Under the pieces are notes generated by a model, which saw only the letters and a program-made list of their open reading frames with translations, was not told the DNA's origin and made no database searches. From Ruditapes philippinarum (taxonomy: Eukaryota), in contig NW_026860638.1 in assembly GCF_026571515.1 (NCBI RefSeq), forward strand, positions 62,001 to 126,000: a stretch of 64,000 nucleotides of DNA, in the 5' to 3' direction. Of this stretch, positions 13,473-27,610 are shown in pieces. The translations under genes were made by a program, and so were the position numbers. The number at the start of each line of letters is the position of its first letter. Positions within the stretch are counted from its first letter, which is position 1.

Positions 13473-16400
13473 AATGGATAATTTACCCCTGCTTTTCCGA
13501 AATTCGATGTTTTTGCTGATGAAAAATTCTCTGGGAAGTACGATGGGAAAAGTATTTGGATAAATTAGAAAACTTATTTGTTGGACTGGTATAAACACCA
13601 TCTAGAAAACGAAGAAGGAAAAAGCACTTTACTTCTTTTTGCGGGAGTGATGTTTACGATATCTAGTTTACATTAAATTTAAAGAGAAGGAAATTTTGAA
13701 ACTACAAAAGAACAAAATTTGGGAAAATTAACAGCATATTTTTAAGCAAGAAAAAACACAAAATTTTAAAAAATTTTCAAAAATTTTAATTTTAAAGAAA
13801 TTGCATGGGGGGAATCTATCGACCATTTTACAACAAAAATTTACCCCCAGAAAGCGGGAATTGGAATTTTGGACATTGACTAGAAATTAAAAGCCAAAAT
13901 TATACAGGGTTTTTACAAAACATGGAATGCAGTTTTTAAAAGGACCCGGGAAATAGTCATTTAAATTTGACTTACTTAAAAAAAATGAAAACCAGGGAAA
14001 AAATTTAAAAAACCTTCAAGCAGCAAATATGTCAAAGGATACCAAGTAGTCAGCAAGTAGTGCGGGTAAAAAGCAATCCTCGATTTAGCCGTCAATCAAA
14101 GGGATTCGCCACCTAAACGTTATTCAGCAACGTTCATATCAAAACTATCCCAGAGAAGCAAGTTTGTCGTCGGGAAGGCGAAACTACCCTCCAGAACGAA
14201 ATAAAAAATGCCGAAATTGTGGAGGAAGGTATTCCCATATGTCACGTTGTCCTGCTATCCGGAGCGGAATGTAATTACTGTCATAAGAAGAATCTTTTAT
14301 ATCGGTCTTGCAGAAAACGTCAAAAAAGTGTGAAGTTAATCGGATGATGAAACAGTCGGATTCACAAAGTTTTATCAGGAGGCAAGCACGTCGAGTGTTA
14401 GTTCAAATGAGTTGCCGATGTTTTATTTGGATTTAAAAATATCAGATGGAAAAAAAGTGCCAAATAAATGCATTAAATTAAATGGATGTAGATGTTTATG
14501 TTTGATAGATAGCGGTTCATCTTTTAAATATTATTAGCGAAATAGGACCTCGAGAAAATGAAAATCCGTCCAGAAAATCAAAAAACGGAAACAAAAGGCA
14601 TTCGCATTCGGGCAGAAATTCCACTTTCCATTCATAGGCAAATGTTCCCTGCTTGTGGAGTCGGACTCAAAAATTTTATGACAAAAGTTTCCATATCGTT
14701 AAAGGTACAAAAAATCATTGATCAGTTATGAATTATCGGTAGAGCTCGGGATTTTTACCGCAATACAATTAGTTCAAAAATCAGTTCAAAGCAAAGACGA
14801 CATATTCAGGACTTATTGAAGAATATTCTCAAGTTTTTCACAGGCTTAGGATGTCTGAAAGACAGAAAAGTTAAGTTTCATATTGATGAAAGTGTTGTAC
14901 CTGTAGCTCAACCGGCTAGGAGAGTTCCATTTTCATGTACGTTCGCAAGTCGAAAAGGAACTGAAAAAAGTTTAGAGGAAATGGATGTTCTTGAAAAGGT
15001 TATAGGTTTACCGACACCATGGGTTTTCGAACTTAGTAGCGGCTCCGAAACCTAATGCTCCGCATGAAGTGAGAGTGTGCGTAGATATGAGAAAAGCTAA
15101 CACCGCAATCAAAACAGAGAAAAATGTTTGCCCGACGGTAGATGATATCATCTTGACGTTAAACGGGCGCAACTGTATTTTCACGTCTAGATCTGTACAA
15201 AGCTTTCCATCAAATTGAATTGGATGAAGCATCACGTGTAATGACAACGTTTCAGACACATATTGGACTGTTTAGGTATAAACGTCTAAATTTCGGGGTG
15301 TCCGCAGCACCGATAATTTTCCAAAATGAGCTTCGTCAAGCACTTCAAGGTCTTAAAGGCATATTGAATATTTGCCGACGACATCGTATGTTTTGGTAAG
15401 ACACATGAGGAACACGACGCAAATCTTCGCGCTTTACTGCAACGTCTACAAGATAGAAAACCTCACACTGAACAGCAAAAAATGTTCATTCGGAAAATCT
15501 AAAATCAAGTTCTACGGATACGTATTTTTTCCGAATCCGGAATTTCACCCGATCCTGACAAAGTAAATGCAGTGAAAAATATGGACAGACCAAAATCAAT
15601 ATCCGAAATCCGTTCATTTCTGGGTCTCGCGAAAACTATTTGTCTAAGTTCATAGATGGCTATTCAAGCTTAACAGAACCATTAAGACGACTTACACATA
15701 AAGGTGTAAAATTTGAATGGACTGCCCGACCAAGAAAAAATCGTTCACATCATTAAAAGATACCTTAATTAGTGATAAGGTCATGACTATTTCGATTCCT
15801 AGAAAGGAAACTGAACTCTGGGTCGACGGAAGTCCAGTTGGAATGCTCAGGAATACTTATTCAAAACGGCAAAATAGTATCATATGGAAGCAAAAGCATA
15901 CAATTCGGTTCAGACGCGATATTCTCAAACAGAAAGAGAAGCTTTGAGTGCTGTCATCATGATTCAGCATTTCCATTTGTATTTATTCGGCAAGAAAATT
16001 TAAACTGATAACAGATCATGCTGCACTTCAATCAATCTTCAACAATATCAAGACAATACAGTCACCAAGATTAGAACGTTTGGCGTTTGAAGTTGACAAC
16101 GTATGATTTTCAGACAGTTTTATAGACCAGGTAAAATGATGATATCAGATTATCTTTCCAGGCATCCACATGCAAGACACGAAACAAATACAGTAGCCGA
16201 GCAGTATATCACTTTATTACTGATAACGCTTTGCCAGATGCATTGAAGCTGTCAGATGTAGCAAAAGCTACCGAAACGGACTGTATATTAAGCTGTGTAA
16301 GAAATGCGTTAGAACAAAATGACTGGAAAACTCAAAAAATGCAAATTAGATGAAAAATTTTCGGTTATTACGAGAATTTGAAATAAAAATCAAGAACTTG

Positions 16401-17516
16401 CAGTTGCATATACGGGAAGATGGATTTGTGCTTTTACGGGGTACAAAACTTTGCATACCAGGAAGTCTGCAAAAACAAACTGTTATGCTTTCGCATGAAG
16501 GTCACCAAGGCCAATCAAAATGCAAAGGATTATTACGTGAGTATTGCTGGTTTCCACATATGGATAGAATGGTAGACGAAATGTGTAGATCATGCATTGT
16601 ATGCCAAGCCTGCATCAAAAAGAATTATTCCAGACCCGATCAAATCACATCACTACCACGAGATGTGTTTTCTGAAGTCAGTTGTGACTTTTTGTGGTCC
16701 TTTTCCAGACGGTTACATGTTACTAGTTGTTATATTTGTGACTACAGTAGATTTCCAGTAGTTGAAAGAATCAAATCGACAGCCGCAGATACAGTCATAC
16801 GCGATTAGAGGCGATATTTTCGATATTCGGATATCCAGAGGTAGTGAAAACGGACAATGGACCTCCGTTTCAAAGTCGCGCATTCAGAGAATTTGCTGAT
16901 AATTCGGGGATTCAAACATAAACGAATCACTCCATTGCACCCACAGGCAAATGGAATAGTTGAGAGATTTATGGCGCCACTGCAAAAAGCAACTTAAAAC
17001 AGCGATAGCGTCTAGACAAGATTATAAAAGAGCGTTAAGTAGATATCTTATGAATTTTCGGAACACACCACAAACAACTACACAAACAGCTCCTAGTGAA
17101 TTAATGTTCAATCGTAAATTAAAGACAAAATTACCAAAGATGACATTTGACAACCAAGACACAAATATTCGAGACAGGGACAGTCTATCAAAAACGAAAA
17201 ACAAAATCTACGCTGATAAGAAACGTCGAGCTCAGCCAAATAATTTTGAAAACTGGGAGATGTGTGTTATTAAAACGGGAACAACGGAAATAAGTTTGAA
17301 ACAGCTTTTGACCCTACCCCCGGGATAATCATCGCTATGAAAGGATCTATGCTTACAATCAAACATAAAGGAAAAGAAATCACACGGGACGTTTCCAAAT
17401 TTAGATATGTTCATGGAAATCAAGAGCCGGTGCAGACGAAACCTGCAGATAATACATCTTTACCTAGAAATAGGCCGCAGAGGAAACGCCGACCGCCGAG
17501 ACGTTATGAAGATTAA
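13473..17516 (+). pseudogene. gag-pol of the Gypsy element (many frameshifts, probably partly sequencing error)
   Basis: Gag CRNCG...H..CPA...CNYCHKKN (~14209-14310); protease LIDSGS (~14500); RT GLFRYKRLNFG and a frameshifted I-A-D-D (~15265-15385); RNaseH WVDGSP, YSQTEREAL; integrase HEGHQG...CIVC, KTDNGPPF, PQANGIVERF; C-terminal RPQRKRRPPRRYED-stop. Confidence 0.9.
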
Positions 17517-18129
17517 AAGAAAAAAAAAAGAAAATGGTTTAATCTATGATACCATTTCTCGTTACAGCTATAAGGGTTAATGACTCAAATGTGTGGGCCA
17601 TAATAATGCCCTAATTATATTCGCTATCATAGCAGTGTATCATTTATATCCGCTTGCTGGATTTATTAATCTTAGGAAAAAATGATAACGTATGTGAGAA
17701 CATTCTGTTATTCGTGAAATTAATACTTTTGGTTTTTATTAAATTACCTTATAATTGGTTTTTGTGTGGTAGAACGGAAAAACAAATCATTCTTTTTGAT
17801 AACAATGCTAGTTGTTTGAACAAATGTTGTGATAATAATGTAATTTGCTTGATATTTTGTGACATTCCGAAAAAATAGAAAAGATATGACAATTAACAAT
17901 AACATTATATTTAACATTACTTCGTTGAAACAGATGCCTAGTACACTGATTAGAAGTAAATCGCATTGGTTAATGAACTCTGCTGAAAAGGAGAAGAGTT
18001 TATAACAATAGACTTGCTATATAGTTTATTTCATACGGAAAAAATATTTCTTATTACAATATGTTTGCACATTTAAATTTTAAATTTTGATGATTTAAGT
18101 TATTGATTTTATTGATGAGTTCTAAACTA

Positions 18130-18143
18130 AAGATAGAGGAGGA
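18130..18143 (+). promoter_or_regulatory. Polypurine tract
   Basis: aagatagaggagga immediately before the 3' LTR. Confidence 0.85.
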
Positions 18144-18352
18144 TGTAGTAAGCAAGTCTACAAGATATAATAAGCCACGCCTTTAATATCAAATATCGTT
18201 ATTGTTACTGTGTGTATGTTTACTTGATGTTTGGGAGTTTAATGAGTGTATACTTGGATGCAACACATATAATAAAATATATAAACCATCCTTCGGGTCT
18301 TGTTTAGTTTGTGTGCTAGTAAGCCATCCAAATAGAAAATATAAATGTTACA
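18144..18352 (+). repeat. 3' LTR
   Basis: TGTAGTA...TGTTACA termini. Confidence 0.95.
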
Positions 18353-20954
18353 ATTAGGTTACTATTATTTCAAAACTGACAATGGACAATTACTCATTCT
18401 TGTATTCAAATAAGAATAAGTGCAATATGCATAAATTCGTGATGTTATAAATAATAGAATAAGCCGATTAATTTAACAAAAATGTATCTGTTACCGAATA
18501 CCATAGCCTCAGCACTGCATAGACAGCTTTAATTTATTGTCTTGTCAAAATGCATGTATTTTTAAGCGGTGACACATCAAATAAATAAAAGTAAAAATAT
18601 AACATTTTAAGGTATATGCTCAGAGGACGAGGTTTGCTTCACGTTTGCAAATTAGAACAATGTCAGATGCTTTTGAGAGAGTGGTTGTGACTTAAAGGTC
18701 CATTATGCTTCAAAAAAATTATTTCATTTTCATTTCTCAAAAGCTTTTCAGTTATGGTGTCCCGTTATAGTTTCCAAAAAGTTACTCATTGGCCGTCCTT
18801 TGTTCCCGTTGCATTTTGACAATTAGTACAGTTATAATGATAAAGTATTTTGTATGGGAGTAAAAATACTAATTCTTTTACATGGTCCTACTTTAATGAC
18901 AAAAATTTTCACATTCAACGCTACTTTCGTCCCGTGTTAAACATCTATTATACATTTAAACGTTATAAAATTCATGTTTACCCTTTATTAAGTAGACAAA
19001 TGTTCGTTTCTGAAGCATAATGTGCCTTTTATCTCCTTAATTGTCGGAAATGTCCGCCACTTTCCGAATCTTTCCCAAGATCTGATGATTATCCATATAA
19101 GCCAGCCTCATCAACATAACATTGTAAACTTACAGCTGTAATAAAGATGCATTTGGTAGTAATACTCCGGAAAATAATGACGTTTTCCAAAACATGTACA
19201 TTAGTAAAACCTTGTCTCAGGAAATCTATTAACTCAGTATACATGTACATGATGTATAATGGTGCAATGAACTACTAAAATTATGAAATTGCAAAAAAGT
19301 AATGAAGTTGGCGTTTTAAAAAATAATAAATAAAGTTTGAGTATTGCATAGCAATAAAGAGATCAGGATGTTGCAAACAAATGATAAAGTCAGGGTACTA
19401 GTATTGCAAGGCAATAGTGTTGTGGTTGTTGTTGTTTTTAACCGTCTATTATCATTTTTAAGGATATAACGAAAAAAGGTTAAAATAAAAACAGTTTAGT
19501 CAGGCAAAGCCAAATATCATGTTCGACTCAAGTAGGTTAAAGGTCACCATAGTTACCACTTTATTCATGAAAATGCAGTAAGCCATTATTTAAAGAATAT
19601 GTATATTTATATATACACTAATATATATAAATATTAACTTACATGGAAATAAATGAGGGGGTTAACCTGGTTTACCGAATGATTAATGCTCTCCCATTAA
19701 GAAGTAATTAAGAAACAATTGTTCTGACACGTTTCATTGATGGTACGAGCATTATTTTGACACGTGAGAAAGTGGCGGGTTAATTAGGGCAACGTGAACA
19801 TATTACGAATGTTAAACATGAGTTTAAGTGTTTCAATTCGTTTATGACGCCGTTTCAATTCGGGAACTTTCGTTACTTTCCGTAAATAAAAATAATTCAT
19901 ACCATAACAGCCTTATTGAATATTTTAAACAATTATCAATCAGTCTCGTTTTTTTTGTTTTTGTTTTTTTTTTTGCATCAGGTATATCATAGGCCAATGA
20001 TGCGAAGAAATGATGGCACTAATGGAGAATCAAATATCAAATTAAGTATCAAATAAAGAATTTATCCTCATATTTCTACAGTCATATCAATTTTTTTTGC
20101 AATGTTTAGCCTCTTTGTAACATAAATCAGGCGCGTGTTGGATAAAAGCATTTCGAAAACTGGAAAACAAGTAAAATGTCAACCCCTATTTGAAATATAC
20201 ATTACCTCTTGTCGAAATTATGCGACCCCCTCCCCGCTCTGGTAAAAAACCTAGATCCGCACCTGTCATCGTTATTAATAGCTTCCTAATAAAAAGTTTG
20301 AGTTGCACAATTGAAATAATGAAAGAAATAGAAGCGTTTTATTATTACAACCATCTTTATCACTGCTAATGAAAATAAAAATACACTTGATCTTCTCACT
20401 GTGAAATATATTTCGATATTTCACAGGGATAGAAAACATATATCATGTATGTCATGTAAGTACATAGAGTGTCATTCTCCTGTTTATTTTGATGTTTTAG
20501 AACATTCATTTAACAAGATCAATAATTCAATCATTCAAACCAAGACACACATGACTAAAAAAACTTAACATGCACAGTTAGATGTATGTCTTGTGGTCAA
20601 ACAACGTTTTTTTGTAGAATGGGAATGACCTCTCCCCAAACCCCTACCTCCACCCCATCACTCTCTTTTTAATTGATTTGAACTGTATTACACATTGTAT
20701 TTCCAAGCCCCTAAAAGCAATATAATTATGAAGTGTTACCTTCTTAAATAATTTTCTTACCTTTAAAATATCATTCATGCTTATCCAGTTCCATTGACTC
20801 TTACAGTTTTCAGACACGATTTCAGCCAATTGCTTGTCGTGTAACAAACAGTACGATAATCTGCCCTTGTATAGTCTCCGTCATGTTGAGTGTGCACTCT
20901 TGATTTTTTGTTAAAAAGATATTCGTCAAAGTATGTGACCTTTTACAAATGAAA

Positions 20955-22585
20955 GGTGATACGTCGTGACATTTGGCCAATATTTGACGACAAATCTTGA
21001 CACCCGGTCATATTTTGGAATTTGGACGTTTTGTCATGATATTTAGTCAGTCATCAACGATACAATGTACGTCGTGTCATTTGGTCAATCATCGACGTTT
21101 TGTCGTGATATTTAGTCAGTTATCAACGATACGTCGTGTCATTTGGTCAATCATCGACGTTTTGTCGTGACAATAAGTCAGTTATCAACGATACGTCGTG
21201 ACATTTGGTCAATCGTCGACGTTTTGTCGTGACAATTAGTCAGTTATCAACGATACGTCGTGTCATTTGGTCAATCGTCGACGTTTTGTCGTGACAATTA
21301 GTCAGTTATCAACGATACGTCGTGACATTTGGTCAATCGTCGACGTTTTGTCGTGACAATTAGTCAGTTATCATCAACGATACGTCGTGACATTTGGTCA
21401 ATCATCGACGTTTTGTCGTGACAATAAGTCAGTTATCAACGATACGTCGTGTCATTTGGTCAATCATCGACGTTTTGTCGTGACAATAGTCAGTTATCAA
21501 CGATACGTCGTGACATTTAGTAAATCATCGACGTTTTGTCGTGACAATAAGTCAGTTATCAACGATACGTCGTGTCATTTGGTCAATCATCGACGTTTTG
21601 TCGTGACAATTAGTCAGTTATCAACGATACGTCGTGACATTTAGTCAATCATCGACGTTTTGTCGTGGCAGTAAGTCAGTTATCAACGATACGTCGTGAC
21701 ATTTAGTCAATCATCGACGTTTTGTCGTGACAATTAGTCAGTTATCAACGATACGTCGTGACATTTGGTCAATCATCGACGTTTTGTCGTGGCAGTAAGT
21801 CAGTTATCAACGATACGTCGTGACATTTAGTCAATCATCGACGTTTTGTCGTGACAATTAGTCAGTTATCAACGATACGTCGTGACATTTGGTCAATCAT
21901 CGACGTTTTGTCGTGGCAGTAAGTCAGTTATCAACGATACGTCGTGACATTTAGTCAATCATCGACGTTTTGTCGTGACAATAAGTCAGTTATCAACGAT
22001 ACGTCGTGTCATTTGGTCAATCATCGACGTTTTGTCGTGGCAATAAGTCAGTTATCAACGATACGTCGTGACATTTAGTCAATCATCGACGTTTTGTCGT
22101 GACAATTAGTCAGTTATCAACGATACGTCGTGACATTTGGTCAATCATCGAGTGACACTTGGTCAATCACCGACGTTTTGTCGTGACAATTAGTCAGTCA
22201 TCAACGATACGTCGTGTCATTTGGTCAATCGTCGACGTGACATCGTTGCCTTTAGCAAATAATCGACTGTACGTCGTGACTTTAAGCCAATATTCGAAAA
22301 TACGTCGTGGCCTTTGACAAATTAACAACAAAACATCGTGACATTTGGTCGATCATCGACGATTCATCGTGACCTTTGGTTAATCGTCGTAACGTCGTGA
22401 CCTTTAGCAAATAAGCGACGATACGTCGTGACCTTTGGCAATATCAGACGATACGTCGTGGCCTTTGGCCAATAGCCGACGATACGTGGTGGCCTTTGGC
22501 AATATTCGACGATACGTGGTGGCCTTTGGTCAAACATCAAAGTTACGTAGTGACATTTGGTAAATCATCGAAGATTCGTCATCGA
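20955..22585. repeat. CpG-rich satellite: 62-bp dimer of 31-bp subunits with degenerate monomeric edges
   Basis: Unit gtcgtgacatttggtcaatcatcgacgtttt + gtcgtgacaattagtcagttatcaacgatac, about 19 homogeneous copies at 21070-22235. Confidence 0.95.
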
Positions 22586-22589
22586 CAAA

Positions 22590-22780
22590 ACGTCGTGGCC
22601 GAGTGGTTAATGCGTCGGTCCAGTAATCTAATGATTGCTGACCGTGTCGGTTCAAACCATGTCAGGGGCAAGCCGTTGTTTCCTTGAGCAAGAAATTTTA
22701 CATATATTGCTTAGTACTGGTTGGTTCCAAGAATTCTCAATTCGAGAGTGTTTTAATAACATCTATAACTATTTATAACT
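22590..22780 (+). mobile_element. tRNA-derived SINE, CORE-domain-like
   Basis: A box tggccgagtgg, B box ggttcaaacc, central tccttgagcaagaaa...attgcttagtactggttggttcc; other copies at 10425 and 47665. Confidence 0.75.
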
Positions 22781-23624
22781 TAAATATGCATGATTTCAGT
22801 GACAAACTTCACTGTTTATATAATATGCAACTGTATTGTCTACAAGTAGGAGTTATAACTTTGACTCACTTTATCTTATAGTATGGTTATCATTTAATAT
22901 ATCAAACCAGTTAGTTGATTTGTCAATAAATCAAATTCAAAGTGCTTAATAAAAGCTAAGGGAACCATTAATATCATTTTTATGTAATGGTCTGTTGAAA
23001 CAACAGGCGGTCGGGGAATACGATCGTACCCACGTCCCCTTAACTCAATCTTTTATGAGACAGACGTACAAATGAACTTTTTTTAAAACCGAAACTATAA
23101 AGACAGTACCTAAGTAAAACATTTATATATGCAAGCGAACATGAATGTGGATTATCATCCATTATCATACTTGTGTCGTAACTGGTGATGTTATTTAAAT
23201 ACCCTGAAGACATGGCACCGCACCAGACATGTGTACTATAAATTACTCGATCTCTCATGCCCGCCCACCCAATGACCTAATTTCGACAGAATGAATTTTC
23301 ATTTTTTAGGTTAAATGAAAAGCAAAGAGAGTATTTTGTCGATTTTGTGTATGTTTTTACTCGATGATTTACTGCAAAACTGCCTAATTTCTTATGTAAT
23401 TTATGTTATCATTGCCGCCAGACAATAAGCGTTCTACTGACCGAGATTACGTCGAGATATTAAGCGCCTAATAACTTATAAAATGTTTTCATTTTTCATG
23501 CGACATAAATTAATTTTATACGCATAAACGATGACAGGAGAATGTAAGCGTTCTTTTTTTTAAATATTTAAAAACTGTAAAATATTCGTATACCTTTGAG
23601 GACATGAAAGATGTCATTAAAACA

Positions 23625-23941
23625 GTGTTTATGTAAATAATGCCCGGATCAACCTCTTATGTCGCAATCGCAATATTTCGTTCCTTTCCGTCAGTCCTCG
23701 GTCGCTCGGTTCAAATCGAAGGATTGGCTTATAAGCCAAGCGACAGGGCCACAGTGCGACAACGAGCCGCACGACAACGCGCCGTTTGGCGTGCTTCGCT
23801 AGAGACTGGACGACAAGACGACAGTGCGACAATGCGCTTTGTCGTGTTGTCGCTAGCGACAACACGACAAGGTGATAACGATATAGGTTGCGTTGTCGCT
23901 ACCGACAACGAAACGCGCAATGTACCAAATCAGCCACCATA
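23625..23941. mobile_element. Partial non-autonomous DNA element with cgaca-rich palindromes (IS3EU-like right end)
   Basis: Ends ...aaatcagccaccata (TATGG terminus on the minus strand); internal palindrome ttgtcgtgttgtcgctagcgacaacacgacaa; left terminus not found. Confidence 0.4.
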
Positions 23942-25814
23942 GACGGGTGGTCTTCTTACCTACGTAAGAAACTTGTTCTTCATTGCTCATCGTACTTCAT
24001 TGCTTTATTGGGCTAGCGCTTTATCGTCTGACCATTGCAATAACCATATTTTCCCAAATGTACAGTTTACTCTATACGTCGTTACCAAGACATCCCGTTG
24101 GAAACCTATGAGTGTCCGTTTCAGCATACGCTTTTGAAAATAGTTCCAATAGACTTACTTATAGAAAATGTATGCGCATGCATGTTAACCTCAATCATTC
24201 TCATTGGTTGCCCATCTTAAACTGAGTTGATCACTTCACCATTGGTAGCGAGTGACTGGTTAATGTCATTTAATAGACTGGCTATCGCGTTGTATCAGTA
24301 TTTTTTTCAATAGGTCATGGTCTGTTCCAGTCTAAAGGCATAGCTGTGAGCTGTTAGTATAAATTGTTGCACATCAATGTCTTCTTAAATTGTAGTCAAC
24401 TTTATGTAACGCAGGAGTTTGTACCAATCTTGTTATTCATGTAACTTTACGTAAAACGTCATATGAAACATAAAGTAACAAATAACCCGTCCATATGTAC
24501 TTCTGTACATAGAGTTTGATTTATAAAACAATCACAGAGTTATCATCATCAAGTGCGCTGTCACATAATTTTATTTGCGGGTTTGTGGAAATGATCTCCC
24601 TTTTTGCAATCAGATCCCTGAATTTTATACGCCAACAAAGGAAATTTAGGTAAGGACAGAGGAACTTGTCAATTGATCGCTCTGTCAGTCTGTTGGGCAT
24701 AAAACCGAGATAAAAGGCAAATAAATTATTTAGAATATGTATCTGATTATTTAACATTGTGCTGCACAGTAAAAAGAAACATATTTGGCAAAGACTAGCC
24801 ACCAGACAGCCAATAATGTAATACATTGTATTTATATCTAACATTCATTGGCAAATATGATTTACATGTAGGACGATCAACGTGGTAAATCACAACCGTT
24901 CTTGTTTAATAACCGTAAAAGTACAACACTCACAACATTGTAAGCTTTTAAATACCAATCAATTGAGGGTCAACATTCAGCAGCTTGTGAAAATTCGGCA
25001 TGATTCGCTACTTTACGTTTTTTATTCGATAAAAGCGTTTTAAGACAATCACAATCGCAAATTTTCGGCGCTTTCCGTCAGTCTTCGGATAAGTATGAAT
25101 AATAGCCGAAGGTGTTCCGATTGAAACAATCAAAATCGGAAAGAAACGTAGTTAAACGAATATTTACGAAGCACATAATAGAGAGGTACATAACGGTTTG
25201 ACATAAAAAGAACACACATAGCATGCAATAGGCGACAGATTGTTCATATCTACATTCCATTGAGTATACTATTTAGTTAATCCAATAGCAAACGCAGATT
25301 TAATAACTGTGTCTGCTGCAACAAGATTTTGCATTGATTATACAAATATGAACGCATTATAGGAAAAAAGGAGCGTTGCTTGCTTCTCCTATTGCGGCAA
25401 GATACCAATTTGAAAACGGGTAACAAACTTGAAAATGATTCAGAAATTGTGTTATTTAATGATTTTAACATTTGAAACAAAGTATTGTTTTGACAAGCGA
25501 CAGGTTCAGTAATGTTTGTGAACATTTTGCACTTAACAATGACAGTTTATAGATCACAAATATAAACTGTGCAACACTTGATGAAACGACTCTGCAAACA
25601 TGTACGCACGCACGTAGATAAAAAAAGAAATTGCTGGTGTTTTCATCTGCTAATTCACCTAGTTTAAACACGGTCTCGTTCATTTTCAAGAAAGAATATA
25701 ATGCCAACAAACGTCCGTTTACTAGACGCTTTCATCATTTCCAAGGACGTCAATTTCAGGCATGTGTTGTTCGTTTGTAGAGGAAGATTTTTAATCTGTT
25801 TTAATATATTTCAG

Positions 25815-26032
25815 ATCTTGATGATATAATAGATCTTGATCACGAGTATCTCACGTACGGAAGTTATCATAATAATGATGACGTCATCGATACTATACAG
25901 TACTACTTCCGGTCTGACAAGGGAGACAATTATAAACCTTTAAGACGTAATACTGCCATTGATCTCAGCTCACCTTTATGTTATGTAGGTAGCACATCAA
26001 CTAACATCATTTGTGAATATGAACATAAACAG
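25815..26032 (+). CDS. ADAMTS/MIG-17-like M12B metalloprotease, prodomain exon (phase 1-0)
   Basis: ttcag|...|gtaaga; open frame LDDIIDLDHEY...KPLRRNTAIDLSSPLCYV...EHKQ; phase-compatible with the next exon. Confidence 0.7.
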
Positions 26033-26309
26033 GTAAGAGATGTATAAAAACGATGGAAATAAGGGGACAGAACTCTTAGATTTTTATTTTCCAAATTAGT
26101 TCATTCATGTACATATGAACATAAAATTAAGAGATATTTACAATTACACCGAAATTAAATAGGCAAAGCTCGTTAAGATATTTTTTATATCAGAAATAAA
26201 GTCATTTTTTAACTTTACTTATGAATTCATATCTTTTATAGAAAGTTCTTTCCCTTGTTCGTTACTTTTTTCCTTTTTTACGGTAAAAAAAACTTTTCCT
26301 GTTTTGCAG

Positions 26310-26384
26310 AATACTAATTTTTATCGGGACGAAGACAATTCGGTTGCTATGGCAATTACAAATGAAAACGGGACTATGAAAATA
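26310..26384 (+). CDS. Metalloprotease prodomain exon (0-0)
   Basis: ttgcag|NTNFYRDEDNSVAMAITNENGTMKI|gtaagt. Confidence 0.75.
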
Positions 26385-26840
26385 GTAAGTACCACTTTCT
26401 TACTGTAACAATAAAAGTATGTCACCAGCTTACATATATTTTTCAAGTATGCCATTAATTTATAACAATTATTCCAACCCGAGATTATTGTGCAATGATT
26501 AATCAAATTTACAATATTTATTATAATATATAATGATTATACAATCTTATAAATTTCAATCATTTTCTCAAATGTTGTGATTTTTAAAAACATTATTTAC
26601 TTATGACCCTTATGACCTTCGTTTAATGAGTAAATGTATCAAATTCGTTTTGGAAATGCAAATGTCCGTATTCATTATAAAGAATGCTATCGGTTTTGCT
26701 GTATTATTTCCCTTGATTACTACGGCACGTGCTTCAAATAAGTTGCCCCCATTTACACCGTGTTGACGTATTATCGGTCAAGGTTGTTTACCGTCAGTAC
26801 TGTCAGTACTTTGATTTTCGTTACTTTATTCTATTAATAG

Positions 26841-26955
26841 AGAGGGATTGTGAACACGATAGACGCAACAACGGAGTATGAACCATTAGAATCCGAGGGC
26901 CTGCCATCTAATAGGTACCACGTGATTAAGAAGAGGTGGACGGCCAATATGGTCC
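26841..26955 (+). CDS. Metalloprotease prodomain exon (0-1)
   Basis: aatag|RGIVNTIDATTEYEPLESEGLPSNRYHVIKKRWTANMV|gtaagt; G...EP...H-V-I pattern of M12B propeptides. Confidence 0.75.
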
Positions 26956-27119
26956 GTAAGTAACGCTGTAGATCTATCTTCTAAAAATACAACTTTACTA
27001 AAATTTATGCTATTACAATACTAACCTCATGTAAAAATAAGCAAATGCCATATAAAGAAATCAGCTAAAAATAATTAACTTTCATACCTCAGATAATATT
27101 TTCATAAAAATCAACTTAC

Positions 27120-27610
27120 ATCATGTAACAGCATATAATTCAGCTTACACCGTATAACAGTTAACTTTCATTATGTAAAATTCAGCTAACTCCATATAAC
27201 AGTTAACTTTCATTATGTAAAATTCAGCGTACTCCATATAGCTATTAACTTTCATTATGTAAATTCAGCTTACGCCATATAACAGTTAATTTACATTATG
27301 TAAAATTCAGCTTACGCCATATAACAGTTACTTTCATAATGTAAAATTCAGCTTACGCCATATAACAGTTAATTTACATTATGTAAAATTCAGCTCCATA
27401 AAACAGTTAACCTTTATTATGTAAAATTCAGCTAAGTCCATATAACAGTTAAGTTTCATTTTGTAAAATTCAGTTTACGCCATATAACTGTTAACTTTCA
27501 TTATGTACAATTCAGTCAACTCCATATTACAGTTAACTTTCATTTTGTAAAATTCAGCCAACGCCGTGTAACAGTTAACTTTTATTGTGTAAAATTCAGC
27601 TAACGTCATA
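27120..27610. repeat. 42-bp intronic minisatellite
   Basis: aaaattcagcttacgccatataacagttaactttcattatgt, about 11-12 copies. Confidence 0.9.

Larger units (their letters stand above)
13164..18352 (+). mobile_element. Ty3/Gypsy LTR retrotransposon, Mag-like
   Basis: Two near-identical LTRs, PBS, PPT, gag double Cys-His knuckle, and PR-RT-RH-IN order. Confidence 0.95.

Noticed and set aside
20644-20880. Minus-strand exon ending ILK|gtaaga
   Set aside because: Plausible donor but no clear acceptor, partner exons or homology.
21070-22235. CRISPR-like regular repeats
   Set aside because: No unique spacers (pure tandem dimer), no cas genes, eukaryotic context.
24260-24350. Signal-peptide first exon of the protease
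   Set aside because: No frame combines an ATG, a hydrophobic stretch and a clear phase-1 donor; the 5' end of the gene remains unlocated.
24521-25710. Minus-strand ORFs of 60-107 aa
   Set aside because: No recognisable domain or consistent exon chain.
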